Assembly (NCBI RefSeq): GCF_006345805.1 | Contig: NC_043004.1 | Coordinates: forward strand, 103,416,001 to 103,480,000 | DNA: 64,000 bases | Reading direction: 5' to 3' | Source of the DNA: Octopus sinensis | Taxonomy: Eukaryota | Part shown: positions 26,085-40,173 of the stretch, piece after piece | Position numbering within the stretch: the first letter of the stretch is position 1 | Layout of the letters: every line of letters begins with the position of its first letter | Notes under the pieces: model-generated | Database searches by the model: none | The model's input: the letters and a program-made list of their open reading frames with translations, nothing else | What the model was told of the DNA's origin: nothing | Made by a program: the position numbers and the translations under genes

Positions 26085-26357
26085 GTGTGTGTGTGTGTAT
26101 GTATGTATATATGTATGTATGTGTGTATATATGTATGTATGTATGTATGTATGTGTGTATGTATGTATGTATGTGTGTATGTATGTATGTGTGTATGCAT
26201 GTATGTATGTATGTATGTATGTGTGTATGTATGTATGTGTGTGTGTGTATGTATGTATCTATGTGTGTGTGTATGTATGTATGTATGTATGTATGTATGT
26301 ATGTATGTATCTATGTATGTATCTATGTGTGTGTGTGTGTGTGTATATATGTATGAA

Positions 26358-26393
<36 letters not shown>

Positions 26394-26760
26394 CACATAA
26401 ATACATACATATATATATTATTTACACATATACACACACACACACATCTGTGTGCATATGTTCATGAATGTGTATGTGTGTGTGTGCATGATGTACACAC
26501 ATACATTTTATATACATATAAATATATTTATTCACACATATGTACATACATATATGTATCTGAGTATATACATGTGTGCATGTGTACATGTGTATATGCA
26601 TGTATATATATTTATGTATGTATGTATGTATGTATGTATGTATGTATGTGTGTATGTATGTATGTATGTGTGTATGTATGTGTGTGTGTATGTATGTGTG
26701 TGTATGTATGTATGTATGTATGTGTATGTATAAATGTATGTATAAATGTATGTATGAATG

Positions 26761-26804
<44 letters not shown>

Positions 26805-26825
26805 GTGTGTGTGTGTATGTATGAA

Positions 26826-26863
<38 letters not shown>

Positions 26864-27227
26864 CACATAAATACATACATATATATATTATTTACACATA
26901 TACACACACACACATCTGTGTGCATATGTTCATGAATGTGTATGTGTGTGTGTGTGCATGATGTACACACATACATTTTATATACATATAAATATATTTA
27001 TTCACACATATGTACATACATATATGTATCTGAGTATATACATGTGTGCATGTGTACATGTGTATATGCATGTATATATATTTATGTATGTATGTATGTA
27101 TTATGTATGTATGTGTGTATGTATGTATGTATGTATGTGTGTATGTATGTGTGTGTGTATGTATGTATGTGTGTATGTATGTATGTATGTGTATGTATAA
27201 ATGTATGTATAAATGTATGTATGAATG

Positions 27228-27300
<73 letters not shown>

Positions 27301-27320
27301 TATATACACATGTGTATGTG
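25370..27320. repeat. (TATG/TG)n compound satellite with three copies of a higher-order block
   Basis: About 230-bp block at about 25730, 26390 and 26862. Confidence 0.95.
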
Positions 27321-28269
27321 TGTGTTTGTATGTGTGTCTGGCTGTCTGTCTACATATCTAATGAGTTATACTTAAGGATATTATTGACACAAGTTGTAAA
27401 TAACCTCATTGCACGTATAATAATAATAATAATACATTATATTTCAACCTGATAAAATAATTGCAAGGATATGTATTTGTCTTTGCCACTTAATACTCTG
27501 CCAGAGACTTCTCCGTATGCTTATGAAGAATTTATACACATGCTGTCTCTTTTGGGAGTATTAATTGTGAGAAAGGTGAGATAAATATATGCTGAAGGAA
27601 TACAAAATCTTTTGAAAAGATAATTGCTTTACATTTGCAATTAACAATAAACACAAGAATATTTTTTTCCCATTTTACTCATTTGGTTAATCGGTTGCAT
27701 AGGACTCAGTTCTTAAGATTCAAGTAACGGCAGCTTCTAATTAAATATGCACACTGTGATGTATGTTTGAATGCATATGTGTATGCATGTATGTATATCC
27801 ACATGTGTGTGTGTGTATGTATGTACACATGTGTGTATATACTCGAGTGTATGTATGTACATATGCATGCATGCATGTATGTATATGCATATGCATATGT
27901 ATGTATGTATGTATGTACGCATGTTTGTATGTATGTATGTGCATACATATACATGTATGTATGTACCTATATGTATGTGTGTGTACATATATGTATATGT
28001 ATATATGTATGTGTATACGGAGAGAGTCAGTGATTTGTGAAACTTGGATTGTTTGTCAACCTTGTCCTTGTAAAAATGTATAAATATATTTGTGTGTGTA
28101 TTAATTTGTGTGTCTATCTTTCTATCTATTTATTCTTTATACAACAAACAAACATACATACATATATATGCACACACACACAAACACATAGAGGCAGTTT
28201 GCTGTGCTCAAGACTTATCTGTCTCAATAAAAGTGATGTTATAAAAGCATTATGTTTATGTCTGTAGAC

Positions 28270-29230
28270 CCAGTGAGCCCTTCCCTGCACCCAATCCGTC
28301 CTTGACAAGCCTTCCCCATCTCTCATATCCTTTACATCAATCTCTTTACTTTTCTGTAGCACTGTTCTGCAGCTGTAATACTATGAGAGCCCATATTTCA
28401 TGCTTATTTATACTATCAGTCACCTTCTTTCACCCACAAAAATTCATCACTCCTCTCTCCTTTAAAAATTAATCCCTTGTCCTTAATATCATTCTATCCT
28501 TATTTTTCACTGATCACTATTTTCTGTGCCTATATAAGTTACATCTTAGGATCTTAGGGCTGTTGTTACCTGTTATTATCATTTTCATTATCCTAACATA
28601 TCTACCAATGACTGCCTCATCCCCTATATTTTTTCCCCAACTCACCATAACCTTCCCTACATATCTCTAATTTCCATCTCTGTCACTGTATGTCAGTCTA
28701 TCTTGCTCCAGGCCTCTCTCTTTCACCCAGTACACCTTCTACATATTTTCTGATCACCCTACAGCTCTCCTCCCTTCTTATATTGCCACTTATCACCTCC
28801 TCCTCCTTCCTGTGCCATTCCCATTCTTTTATCTTCTTCTGATATTTACCATTGACTTCACCCCCATTTTTTGTTCCATATACTACATTCATCTCAACAC
28901 TCATCTCTAACCATTTGTCACTCTCTTCTCACACACATTCTAATCAAAACTTATCCACCCATCCAAACCAACTCTTTGTCTTTATTCTTTCTCATAATTA
29001 CCATCTTGTATCTTGTGAGTACACTGATACTTCATCTTTGCTATCGATCTTCTTTCCAACTGCTTTCAGCCACCCTTACATAATGAAGGGAACCAAGTGT
29101 TTCCTCTGTCTTCTGTAGCAAGACACTTGTGCTTGTCTGTCTGTTATATTTTAGCCTCTCAACACCTGACATAAAGCCACACCCATCTCTACTACAACCC
29201 CCGCTCAGCTAAGGGCCTATTTTGGTCTTG
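28270..29230 (-). mobile_element. Highly decayed LINE (RTE-like) remnant
   Basis: Purine-rich minus strand with broken endonuclease-like frames. Confidence 0.3.
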
Positions 29231-29264
29231 TGAGTTATCTGTGAGTTACCATAATCGTCATCGT

Positions 29265-29835
29265 TTAATGTTTGCTTTCCATGCATGGGTTGGACGGTTT
29301 GACATGGGGCTGGTCAGCAGGGAGCTGTCCAAACTCCAGCTGTCATGGTTTCTACAGCTGGATGCCCTTCCTAATGCCAACCACTTAACAAAGTATGCTG
29401 GGTACTTTTTACATCCCCCCGGCACGGGTGTGTCTACTCAGCACTGGCATGAGTGCCATAAAGCAGCACCAGACACAGGTGTTTTTAAGTGACACTTGCA
29501 TAGGTGCATTAATGCAGTATCACAACAGGTACTTTTTAAGTGGCACTGGCATGGGTGAATTTACACAGCACCAACATGGGCGTTTTTTAAGTGGCACCAG
29601 CATCTGAAAGGACACAACTCACAAAACCCAAAAAGACCCTCTTGTAAGACCAGTGTCACGAAAAAAGAATCTAATATATTCTCTAAAATTTTCGGCACTA
29701 CCAAGGGACACCCAGTCATAGAAACCATGCTAAAATGGACATTGGAACTCAACGCAATCCTCTAGTTGGTTGGTTCCTGTCAAACCATACCAAACCATAT
29801 GGAAGACAATTGTTAAATGATGATGATGATGATGA
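29265..29835. mobile_element. Two degenerate SINE A copies (minus, then plus)
   Basis: Core and tail remnants. Confidence 0.65.
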
Positions 29836-30419
29836 CATGTCACATATTATCTGCTTGTTCTGCTCTTTCAAAAAAAATTCTCTGGCAAAATAGCTGTTAA
29901 TGACAGTAAGGGTATCTGGCTTTTTATATGATGCATCGATAATAGGTATTCAATAAAACCATGCTATTATGACAAACAGGTGTTAGATGAATGGAAAACT
30001 AATGAAAAAAAAAAGCACATATATTTCCAATAATATAATACTAATTAAACATGAATGATTAGTAAAAGTATATCTTGGGTTCTTTTGTACTGGTCCACGA
30101 GTCATAGAAATATTGTATAATAATGATGATGATGATGATGATGACAATAATAATACTAATAATAATAATAATATTTAAAATTTTTAATTTTGGCTCTATA
30201 TGTTCTGGAGGGGTTACCTCAATCCTTTATAATATTAACCAAAATGAAATAGATTGACAAAATTATTTTTTGAACCTGTTGAAGACACACAAGATGTCGA
30301 AATATCATTCACTAGATGACAATGGCACTCTTCTTTTAATTTTGATATTATTAATAATAATAATAATAATAATAATTATAATAATTCTAATGATAATAAT
30401 AATGATGATAATAATAATG

Positions 30420-30682
30420 GTTTCAAATTTTGCCACAAAGGCAGCAATTTTGTGGGAGGGAATGAGTCGATTACATTGGTGCCAGTGTTCAACTGGTACT
30501 TATTTTATCGACCCTTAAAGGATGAAGGGCAAAATTGACCTCTGAAGAATTTGAACTCAGAACATAGCAATGGGCAAAATACCACTAATTATTTCATCCA
30601 GCATCCTAATGATTCTGCCAGCTCACTGGCTCTAATAATAATAACAATAATAATAATAATAGTAATGATAATGATAATAATA

Positions 30683-30714
<32 letters not shown>

Positions 30715-31200
30715 TAATAATAATAATATAATAATAATAATAATAATAATAATGATGATAATAATGATAATAATAATAATAATAATAATAATAATCCTTT
30801 CTACCAAAGGCACAAGGCTTGAAATTTTAGGGGAGAGGACTAGTCGATTATATTGACCCCAAAAGGATGAAAGGCAAAGTTAACCTTGAACTCAGAACAT
30901 AAGGACAGACGAAATGCTGCTCAGCATTTCATCCAGTGTGCTAATGATTCTGCCAGCTCGCCACCTTATATGGTAATAATTATTATTATTTCAAATTTTT
31001 GCCATGAGGGCAGCTTGGTAGAGATGAAGATGAGTTGATTACATCGATCCCAATGTTCGACAGGTACTTATTTTATCGACCCCAAAAGGATGGAAACAGC
31101 ATCAACCTCGGTGGAATTTGAACTCAGAATGTAGCGACAGGCAAAATACTCCTAAGTATTTTGCCCGGGATGCTAACGATTCTGCCAGCTCACTGCCTTA
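30420..31200 (-). mobile_element. Three SINE C copies separated by (AAT)n
   Basis: GAGTTCAAATTC B box and CTTTCATCCTTT..GGGTCGATAAAATAAGTACC domain in each. Confidence 0.8.
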
Positions 31201-31299
31201 TATAATAATAATAATAACAACAACAACAACACAACAACAACAATAATAATAATAATATAATAATAATAATGACAATAATAATAATAATAATAATGATTT

Positions 31300-33600
31300 C
31301 TTTTTTAAATACAAGGGTTTACATTAAGAAAAACATTATAGACACTACAGGACAAAACAAAGAATGTATGTGTGTATGTGTGTGAGAGTGTAGTTGTGAG
31401 GGTTTTGCATGCAAACAAGATCATCAAAATTTTAAAAATCAACTATGTGTGATCCTCCAAGCACATCGTTGCACTTTCCCTCCACTAATCCTCTAAAAAA
31501 AGGTAAAGTAGACGTTCCAACTATCGCCGTGTCCAATTGGCTGAGGGCTGTGAGTGCTTGAAGACATTCCACTTTCCAAATGCTCCCTCTCGGTCTCTAT
31601 TTTAGCCAAGACTGCAGCTCCGTTAAAGAAACTAGCTGTAGAAATACGTGTCTGGTGAACGGGGACCATACTTGTTCACCATCAAGGAACTACTGGAGAT
31701 GTCGTAGCCTCAGCTCATATCTGCACATCATCAACAATAGCACACCCAGGCCACCACTCAGCAGGTGTTGGTAGCAGATAGACCACCTGACCATCAGGAC
31801 ACGTTCCTTCCACAAGAAGTGGAAGAGTATAAGGTCCACCTTAATCAGAGGGTGGCCAAGACAAGGCATAATGGTCAAGCGATAGTAGACAGACGTGATA
31901 TATGCATTACCCACCTCTGCCTGACCTTTCAGGGATAGCTTTCTCTTGGCTCATTTCAGGGTGAGAGTATACACCCTGCTCGTTACCTCATCCCAGTTTT
32001 TGTCCATCTGGAGGTCTGGACCGAACCAGACCCAAGCAATTTAACCGGTTCCTCTGTCCAGTGCCCAACAACGCGGTTGGACGGCATGGAGTTGCTTCTT
32101 CAGGTGCTGAGTCACAAGCCCACTGATTTTTCCTGGTTAATCATCGCTCCTAAAACTGCCTTGTAGTCCCTGAGAGCAATGCCGATCATTTCTATGTGTT
32201 TATGATCTGACACCACTATGGTGACGTCACGGCATATGCCAGTACACATCTCCCATATCCTGGGTCACATGGGATACCTCTCAATGCCTCCAGTTTGTTT
32301 AGTAGTGGCTTGAGAGTTAGTACATACAAAAGAGACGAGAGGGGGTAACCTGCGGGATCGAGCACATGATGTTGAACGGCTCTGAGAAATGACCATTCAC
32401 TCTAACCACTGAACAGATGTCACTGTGCATTGCAGCCCTTGAATACCATCCTAAAACCAGCTGTCTTGAGGACTGCTGCCAGGTATGGATGGTCGACCCT
32501 ATCGAAAGCTTTAGACTGATCTAAATTGATCAGAGCCTCACCTGTGCCGGGTTCTTTAACCACTTTTTCAATGATGTATCATATGAGGTGGAGGTTGTCG
32601 TGGTTGGATCTTTTCGGGATGGCACATGCCTGCACCACCCACCCACCAGATCCCCGACGACAAGTGCCAACCTCGTAGCTAACACCTTGGCCAAAATTAT
32701 GCACTCTGCATTCAGTAGAGTTATGGGCCTAAAATTGTCAATACAATCCTCTTGTTCGGGTCTTTTCTCAGCAACGCCACCACTCCTCGGCTCACAGTAC
32801 TGGGAATTTGTGGTCTGTGTAGTTGACTACTTTAAACCTATGCTATCCTTATCTGCTCCTCTACGGCACTTCGTGTCTAGATACCATCTGGATGACCCGA
32901 TGCGGTTTGACCAGCTCCACACTGGCACATCCGGGAGATCCAGTTGATACCTGCCAGACAGTTGGAATCATTTGAGCAGGTTTGTGAGGCTTTTGCACCC
33001 TCCTCTCCTGTCTGCTAAACCTACACAGTCCGACTTTATGTCTAAAACTCCATTCCAGTCACTAACACTAAAGAGTGGGATGTTCCCAGGAAGGTTTTCA
33101 GAGATTTGAAGAAATCTGGTCGTTCTGTCCCTTCGGGTCATAGACGGCAACCAGTTTGAAAGAATGTTCTTCGCCGTCTGTCACATCCAGGACCACTGAC
33201 TTACCTTCCGGATCCAGGAAGATCATCCTTATTACTAGATCCAGATTTTTTCCGAACCATCACAGTGACTCCGCCTCCCGCTCCCAGATGACTTGCTGAT
33301 GCGTACACATCATAGTCATAGGAAATGGGTTGGAGGTCCTGAGTCGGAAATTCTGGTTTCACTAATGGCCACCACATCGATATTCAGTACCCTGAGGTCG
33401 TTGAGCAGGGGACCCCGCTTCCAAGGTGACCCCAGGCCATGTACATTCACGCTGCCTTTTCTGTACATGACCATGTTGTCGGCAAAGGGAAAGGAAACAA
33501 AAGGAAAACTTACTTGGTTTTGTTTGGAGGGGTGGATTGTCCGTCCCTTCTCTTAGCTTGGGTTGTTGCCAACAGTGAATCATCAAAAATTATCTAATAA
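31300..33600 (-). mobile_element. Decayed Tx1/L1-clade LINE (ORF1 zinc-knuckle remnant, endonuclease, RT)
   Basis: CFLSLCRQHGHVQK, SDWNGVLD, NFRPITLLNA, ALINLDQSKAFDRVDH, SLKGQAEVGN; many stops and frameshifts. Confidence 0.85.
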
Positions 33601-33949
33601 TAGTAACAAATAAAAGTAAAACAGAAATGAAAGATACGTGAAAAGGCCAGGCAGTCCTTTAGCCTCCTCAGAGTTATGTCCCTTAGACTGGGCTTTGGAA
33701 TCATTACCCCGTGGGGGCCAGTTGCAAGTGGCAGTTATCTCCCGGCAATTTTTGCGCGTGTGAGAAAGAAAAGGTGAAATAGGGTGGGTGGGAGAAAAGG
33801 CTGAGAGGGACAGAAAGAGAAAGAAGAAAAGTGGGAAGGGAGTTTGTAGCTAGTTTGGCATGTGTGTGTGTGCGTGTGTGTGAGTACGTAGTGAGTGTGT
33901 ATGTGTGTGTGTTCGTGCGTGGTGTGTGTACGTGTGTGTGAATGTGTGT

Positions 33950-33987
<38 letters not shown>

Positions 33988-34005
33988 TGGGTGTAATGAA
34001 ATAAT

Positions 34006-34265
34006 ATACAGGGTGATTCAAAAGTCTCCATACATAGGAAAATTTTTTTTATTTATTTAGAAACAGTTTATAGATCCCCTGATCTGACCCTTCTTGATTT
34101 CTCTCTTTGGGGTTATTTGAAAGGCATGGGGTATCGCGAAGAGATAAAAGACATAAAGCATTTGAAGGAACGCATCACCAACTCCTTTGCACACGTATCA
34201 CCAGGTGTGCTATTATAACAAGTTCACAACGAGTCGGGTAAACGTATTGCAATGTGTATTCAAAA
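34006..34265 (+). mobile_element. Tc1/mariner-superfamily internally deleted element
   Basis: TACAGGGTG end; C-terminal motif PDLTLLDFSLWGYLK...HLKERIT. Confidence 0.7.
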
Positions 34266-34267
34266 GG

Positions 34268-34600
34268 CATCGAGCTGGCAGAAACGTTAGCATGCCGGGT
34301 GAAATGCTTAGCGGCATTTCGTCTGCCGTTACGTTCTGTGTTCAAATTCCGCCGAGGTCGACTTTGCCTTTCATCCTTTCGGGGCTCGATAAATTAAGTA
34401 CCAGTTACGCACTGGAGTCGATGTAATCGACTTAATCCGTTTGTCCTCTCTGTGTTTAGCCCCTTGTCGGTAGTAAAGAAATAGGTATTTCGTCTGTCTT
34501 CCAGTTACGCACTGGGGTCGATCTAATCGACTGGACCCCGTCCCAAAAATTTCGGGCCTCGTGCCGAGAGTAGAAAAGAATATCTATTCAAAACAATGGT
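34268..34600 (+). mobile_element. SINE C with partial tandem second tail
   Basis: Family motifs. Confidence 0.85.
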
Positions 34601-34649
34601 AACCATATAGAGCCTGTTAAATAAATAAATAAATAAAAACAAACAAGCG

Positions 34650-35683
34650 CTGGAGTGGCTGTGTGGCAAGTAGCTTGCTAACCAACCACATGGTTCCGGG
34701 TTCAGTCCCACTGCGTGGCACCTTGGGTAAGTGTCTTCTACTATAGCCCCAGGCCGACCAATGCCTTGTGAGTGGATTTGGTAGAAGCCCGTCGTATATA
34801 TGTATATAAATATATATATGCGTGTGTGTGTCTGTGTTTGTCACCCTAGCATTGCTTGACAACCGATGCTGGTGTGTTTATGTCTCCGTTACTTAGCGGT
34901 TCAGCAAAAGAAACCGATAGAATAATTACTGGGCTTACAAAGAATAAGTCCCGGGGTCGAGTTGCTCGATTAATGGCAGTGCTCCAGCATGGCCGCAGTC
35001 AAATGACTGAAACAAGTAAAAGAGTAAAAGAGAGTTCTTAAAAAACCGTTTCTTATAAAAAGATAAATTATTCCTATGTATGGCAACCTGTATATATATA
35101 TACATACATACATACATACATATATGTTTTTATTCTTTTATTTGCTTCAGTCATTTGACTACGGCCATGCTGGAGCATCGCCTTTAGTCGAACTAATCGA
35201 CTCCCAGAACTTATTATTTGTAAACCTAGTACTAATTGAATTGGGCTTTTTTGCCGAACCGCTAAGTTACAGGGACGTAAACACACTAACATCGGTTGTC
35301 AAGCGATGGTGTGGGGACAAACACAGACACACAAGCACACACATAAACACACACACACATATTATAATGGAATAATTACTGTGAAGCATTGTGTAGAAAT
35401 ATATTGTATAAAGATCGTGGCTAAGGCCAAGACAATGCGAAGTAAATGCAAGGGAAATCACAAGAAAGCAAATATTTTGGGGTTATGACCCATTTTCTTG
35501 AAAATGGGGTCATAATCCCGAAATATTGAATACAAGGTAAATCTAGATTAATTCAGAAAATGGGGTCAAAACCTCGAAATATTGAATTCAAGGTAAGTCT
35601 ACATTAATTCCTTTTTTTTTTACTTGTGATTTACCTTGCATTTACTTCGCATTGTTTTGGCCCTACCCACGATCCTTTATACA

Positions 35684-35752
<69 letters not shown>

Positions 35753-35915
35753 CACGACGGGCTTCTTTCAGTGTCTGTCCGCCAAATCCACTCACAAGAT
35801 TTTGGTCGGCCTGAGGCTATAGTAGAAGACATTTGCCCAATGTACCACGCAGTGGGACTGAACCCAGAACCATGTGGTTGGGAAGCAAGCTTCTTACCAC
35901 ACAGCCACTCCTGCA
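34650..35915. mobile_element. SINE B copies (34650-35035 plus; 35130-35360 tail minus; 35755-35915 head minus)
   Basis: Family motifs. Confidence 0.8.
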
Positions 35916-36084
35916 CCTGTAAACCTTGGTTGTTCCACATAAATATTCTCAACTCCTTCTAACGAACTCTATGCATAGATGTAGTTTGACTGTGCGAAAC
36001 TGTGAGAAGGAAAGCTTCCCGCAACGACCAGGCACGACAACTTACAGATTCTGAACACATCGGAATTTAAGTCGAGAAGGTTTC

Positions 36085-36240
36085 CAGGCGTGGCTGTGTG
36101 GCAAGAACCTTGCTTACCAGCCACATGGTTCCTGGTTCAGTCCTAGTGCATGGCACCTTGGGCAAGTGTCTTCCACTATAACCCCGAGCCGACCAAAGCC
36201 TTGTGAGTGGATTTGTAGGCGGAAACTGAAAGAAGCCCGT

Positions 36241-36287
<47 letters not shown>

Positions 36288-36522
36288 GTAATAGGCGGCG
36301 AGCTGGCAGAAACGTTAGCACGCCGGGCGAAATTCGTAGCCGTATTTCGTCTGTCGTTGCGTTCCGAGTTCAAATTCCGCCGAGGTCGACTTTGCCTTTC
36401 ATCCTTTCGGGGTCGATAAATTAAGTACCAGTTACGCACTGGAGTCGATGTAATCGACTTAATCCCTTTGTCTGTCCTTGTTTGTCCCCTCTATGTTTAG
36501 CCCCTTGTGGGTAGTAAAGAAA
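36085..36522 (+). mobile_element. SINE B head followed by SINE C in its microsatellite
   Basis: Family motifs. Confidence 0.85.
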
Positions 36523-36944
36523 TATATATATATGTTTCTGTGAGAGTTAGAGGTTGGGAAACCAACCAGCTAAGAGATAGTACCTATTCCAATATACTGC
36601 TCGTAGGGTACCCAGTTATTCATACCCAGATGCTGGTTATTGCGTGGCAGTCTCACAATTGAGAGTCATATATGGGTTGGGGTAAAAAGTGGTTTACCCT
36701 TAATTTGTACGGCAAATAAGAGAAAATGGAGAGGATACAAATCGACATTCATCAACTGGATGTCGATTTAGTATATGCTTACAGCTGCTCCCAGCAGAGC
36801 TGTGGGGGCCAAATATACATGGTTAAGGAACCAGACTTGATGTTACAGATTCTTTTGCTTTATCTTGCCAGCTCTGTCCCCAGCCATGGGTCCCTAGATT
36901 CGGAATCAACTTGAGGATTTGTTAAGTTACCTTCTCGAGTTAAC

Positions 36945-37157
36945 CCGACTCATAAGGGCCGGTTTCCCGGTTGTATGACGTATATATTCTCCGCTTGGAC
37001 GGGACGCCGGTCCGTCGCAGGATTACTTAATTTTGCTAATTAAGTGGACTGGAGCAACGTGAAATGAAGTGTTTTGCTCAAGAACACAACGCGTCGCCCT
37101 GTCCAGGAATCGAAATCACAATCTTACGATCATGAGTTCAACACCCTAACCACTAAT
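36945..37157 (-). mobile_element. SINE E-type head with tail shared with 52735-53032
   Basis: Shared GGACGGGACG.CGGTCCGTCGCAGG and GGGCCGGTTTCCCGGTT. Confidence 0.75.
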
Positions 37158-37179
37158 CTTGAAGATTCAGACGCTTTCA

Positions 37180-37500
37180 ATTATATTTGGGATACTGAAA
37201 AAACGAGTTTGATCAGATAAAGATTTGAAACTGGCTCCAAGCTTTGCCTTTCTGATGTTTCGGCCATCACATCTCTTTTATACTTATTTAGGTTATGGGC
37301 ATCATATCGACGACACACCAAAACGCTCAAAGATTTCACCAAAAGTGTTTAAGGCGTATATTAAAGTGCAACTGGAAGAGTTGGGAAAAGCGGGTTGTTT
37401 CAGCATAGAGGTTCACCTCATCAAGAACCATATACCAATGGGGTATAATCATATCATTCATTGCTGTGACTTCCAGCTTCCGAAGCAATTGCTTTATTGA
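37180..37500 (-). mobile_element. Possible decayed Gypsy integrase fragment
   Basis: SSCTLIYALNTFGEIFERFGV resembles the integrase TxxLxxIFARFG motif; many stops. Confidence 0.4.
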
Positions 37501-38057
37501 GGATATATTCTCGGTAAGTGACAGCTGCGCAAATCAAAAACGAAATTTCATGATGTCACAAAATAACCTCATTGCAAAAAATCTCCGCTGAACTGGAGCA
37601 AACGGCGTCCTGTAACTAGATAATCTCACCTATGCAGTCTGCAGTCGCATTAGATATTCAAAAAGTCGGGTTTGTATTTCACAAAAAGTCACATACCGGA
37701 GATTAACATGAAATGCTTATTTGTATATGACAACAACAGCCCTAGTAGAGTACTGCCGCTTTTTATAAACGAAGCTGTGTTCATATACTGCCGGGTTGAA
37801 ATTTGATTTTGGACGAATGCATAAGGGCGGAACTGTTGCTGGGGTGATTCTTGATAAAATAATTTGCTTTATTTCTTACAAGAAAGGAAACATAATAAGG
37901 GTTAGGTATTCATACGACAGCCACGTGGTAGAGAAGCTATCAAATCCATTACAGTCATAAGTCTGCAATGCGAAAGTGGCTGTGCTTGAAATCAAGTTAA
38001 CGAACCTCCCATATCGACCTACCTACACACACACACACACACACACACGTATATATA

Positions 38058-38103
<46 letters not shown>

Positions 38104-38198
38104 TATATACATACATACACACGCACACACTCATATAAATAGTTAGGTTGATAGATACATACATATATCATATACATACATACGCAAATTTACATGCA

Positions 38199-38232
<34 letters not shown>

Positions 38233-38687
38233 ATACACACAGGCGTGCGCGCGCACATACAAACACACACACACACATACAATAGATGCAAACATACACA
38301 CTCTCACTACACATACATAAAAGAGAAGATATATTATTGAAAACCCACCCCTAACTGTCACGATGTATAACATTAAATAACTACAGGGCATCAGTAAGAA
38401 ACAGGGTGGAGATTCTGCTAAAAATTAAAAGAGACAGGGAATAACTTGGCAAGATTTTGACTGTTGAGATAAAAAGCTAGAATGTCTGAGTAGGTAAGAC
38501 TGTTGGCAGCTCTGTAAAATTCCTTCATCACTTCTATCATAGATAGATAATTAGTTATGTTTGAAGAAGTTTCACTTACTCTACATCGCGTATTAAGTAC
38601 GTTTTTGCAAATACAAACCTTCACAAATACAGACACGTCTGTTCTGTTGTCCTTCGCACAGTTCCTTCATAATTTTATTGTGGTTTT

Positions 38688-38845
38688 CTGTGGCTGTGTG
38701 ATAAGTAGCTTGCTTACCAACCACATAGTTCCGGGTTCAGTTCCACTGCGTGGCACCTTGGGCAAGTGTCTTCTACTATAGACTCGGGCCGACCAAAGCC
38801 TTGTGAGTGGATTTGGTAGACGGAAACTGAAAGAAGCTCGTCGTA

Positions 38846-38891
<46 letters not shown>

Positions 38892-39115
38892 CTTGTGTGT
38901 CTGTGATTTTGTCCCCCTAGCATTGCTTGACAACCGATGCTGGTATGTTTACGTCCCCGTTACTTAGCGGTTCGGCAAAAGAGACCGATAGAATAAGTAC
39001 TGGGCTTACAAAAGAATAAGTCCCGGGGTCGAGTTGCTCGACTAAAGGCGGTGCTCCAGCATGGCCGCAGTCAAATGACTGAAACAAGTAAAAGAGTAAA
39101 AGAGTAAAAGAGTAA
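38688..39115 (+). mobile_element. Full SINE family B (tRNA head, CORE-like ACCTTGGGCAAG, internal microsatellite, tail ending (GTAAAAGA)n)
   Basis: A/B-box-like head GGTTCAGTTCC; many copies in the window. Confidence 0.9.
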
Positions 39116-39612
39116 CAAATCATATTTTTTATCGTAATGGTTTTGTATCTCTTTATCGGTACCTCACGCAATCTTTCTCTCGTTTTGTCTTTCCTCTCTC
39201 ACTGTGTTTCTCTTGCTCTCTCTCACTTCTTTCTCACTATCTTTCTCTCACCCATTCTTGCTTTCAACTCTTTCACTTTCTCTTTCTTTGTCTTTCACTC
39301 TCTATCTCTTTCAGGCCACCCACTTCCGTTGATCTCCAACGAGTTATGAGACGTTTTGACGCAGCTGTTTTGGCGCCACCTAACTCGCGCCGCTGATTCG
39401 ACGCTGGCTTGTTTGACATCAGACACTTTACTGTTTATCTCGTTTTAATGTTTCTTTTTTTTCTCTGTCCCTGTCGATGTCTGTCTGTCTGTCTACCTGT
39501 CTGCTTGTCTGTCTGTCTGTCTCTGTTGATGTGTGCATGTATACTTTTCTCTTTATATGTATGAGGAGAGGAAAAGTGCTTGCTAATCATGTTTAAGTAA
39601 TGAATTATAACG

Positions 39613-39676
<64 letters not shown>

Positions 39677-39745
39677 CCTCTGTATGTGTATATTTCAGCT
39701 CGTGCGCAAGAGCGTGTGTTTGCTTCCAGTGCCAAAAACTCTTTC

Positions 39746-40173
39746 GGGATCTTTTCGGTTTGACCGGCAGTTTTTTCTAGCGGTGTCATATGAAATTGTC
39801 ACCCATAATTATGACCCTAGTATCGATCTATTGCATTTCAATCTGTTTTAGGGTTAGAGTTAGAGTTAGGGGTGTGGGGAAGGGTATCTTTTTTTATTCA
39901 CAAATGTAAATAAGCCCAATCTGTTTCTTAAACGAGGGACATATTCATACGGGACAGAATGTTTTTTTTTTACCTCAATAGATGTCATTGATTAGTTGAA
40001 ATTGCAGAAATTGAAGAAAAAACAACAAATATCTTACAAACTATAGAATTTTCCCAATAAAGCCAAGAGAAAAAGATGTTTTATAAACACATTCTACCAG
40101 TATACGAAGTTTAAAAGTGTTTAGCTATGTGGAAATTATTAAAAAAAACTGCCGTTCAAACCGAAAAGGTCCC
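39746..40173. mobile_element. Non-autonomous TIR element with 6-bp TSD and internal telomere-like repeats
   Basis: About 30-bp TIRs starting GGGA; TCTTTC at 39740-39745 and 40174-40179; GGGTTAGAGTTAGAGTTAGGG near 39851-39871. Confidence 0.65.

Noticed and set aside
25336-27452. Many ORFs up to 317 aa
   Set aside because: Translations of (TATG/TG)n satellite
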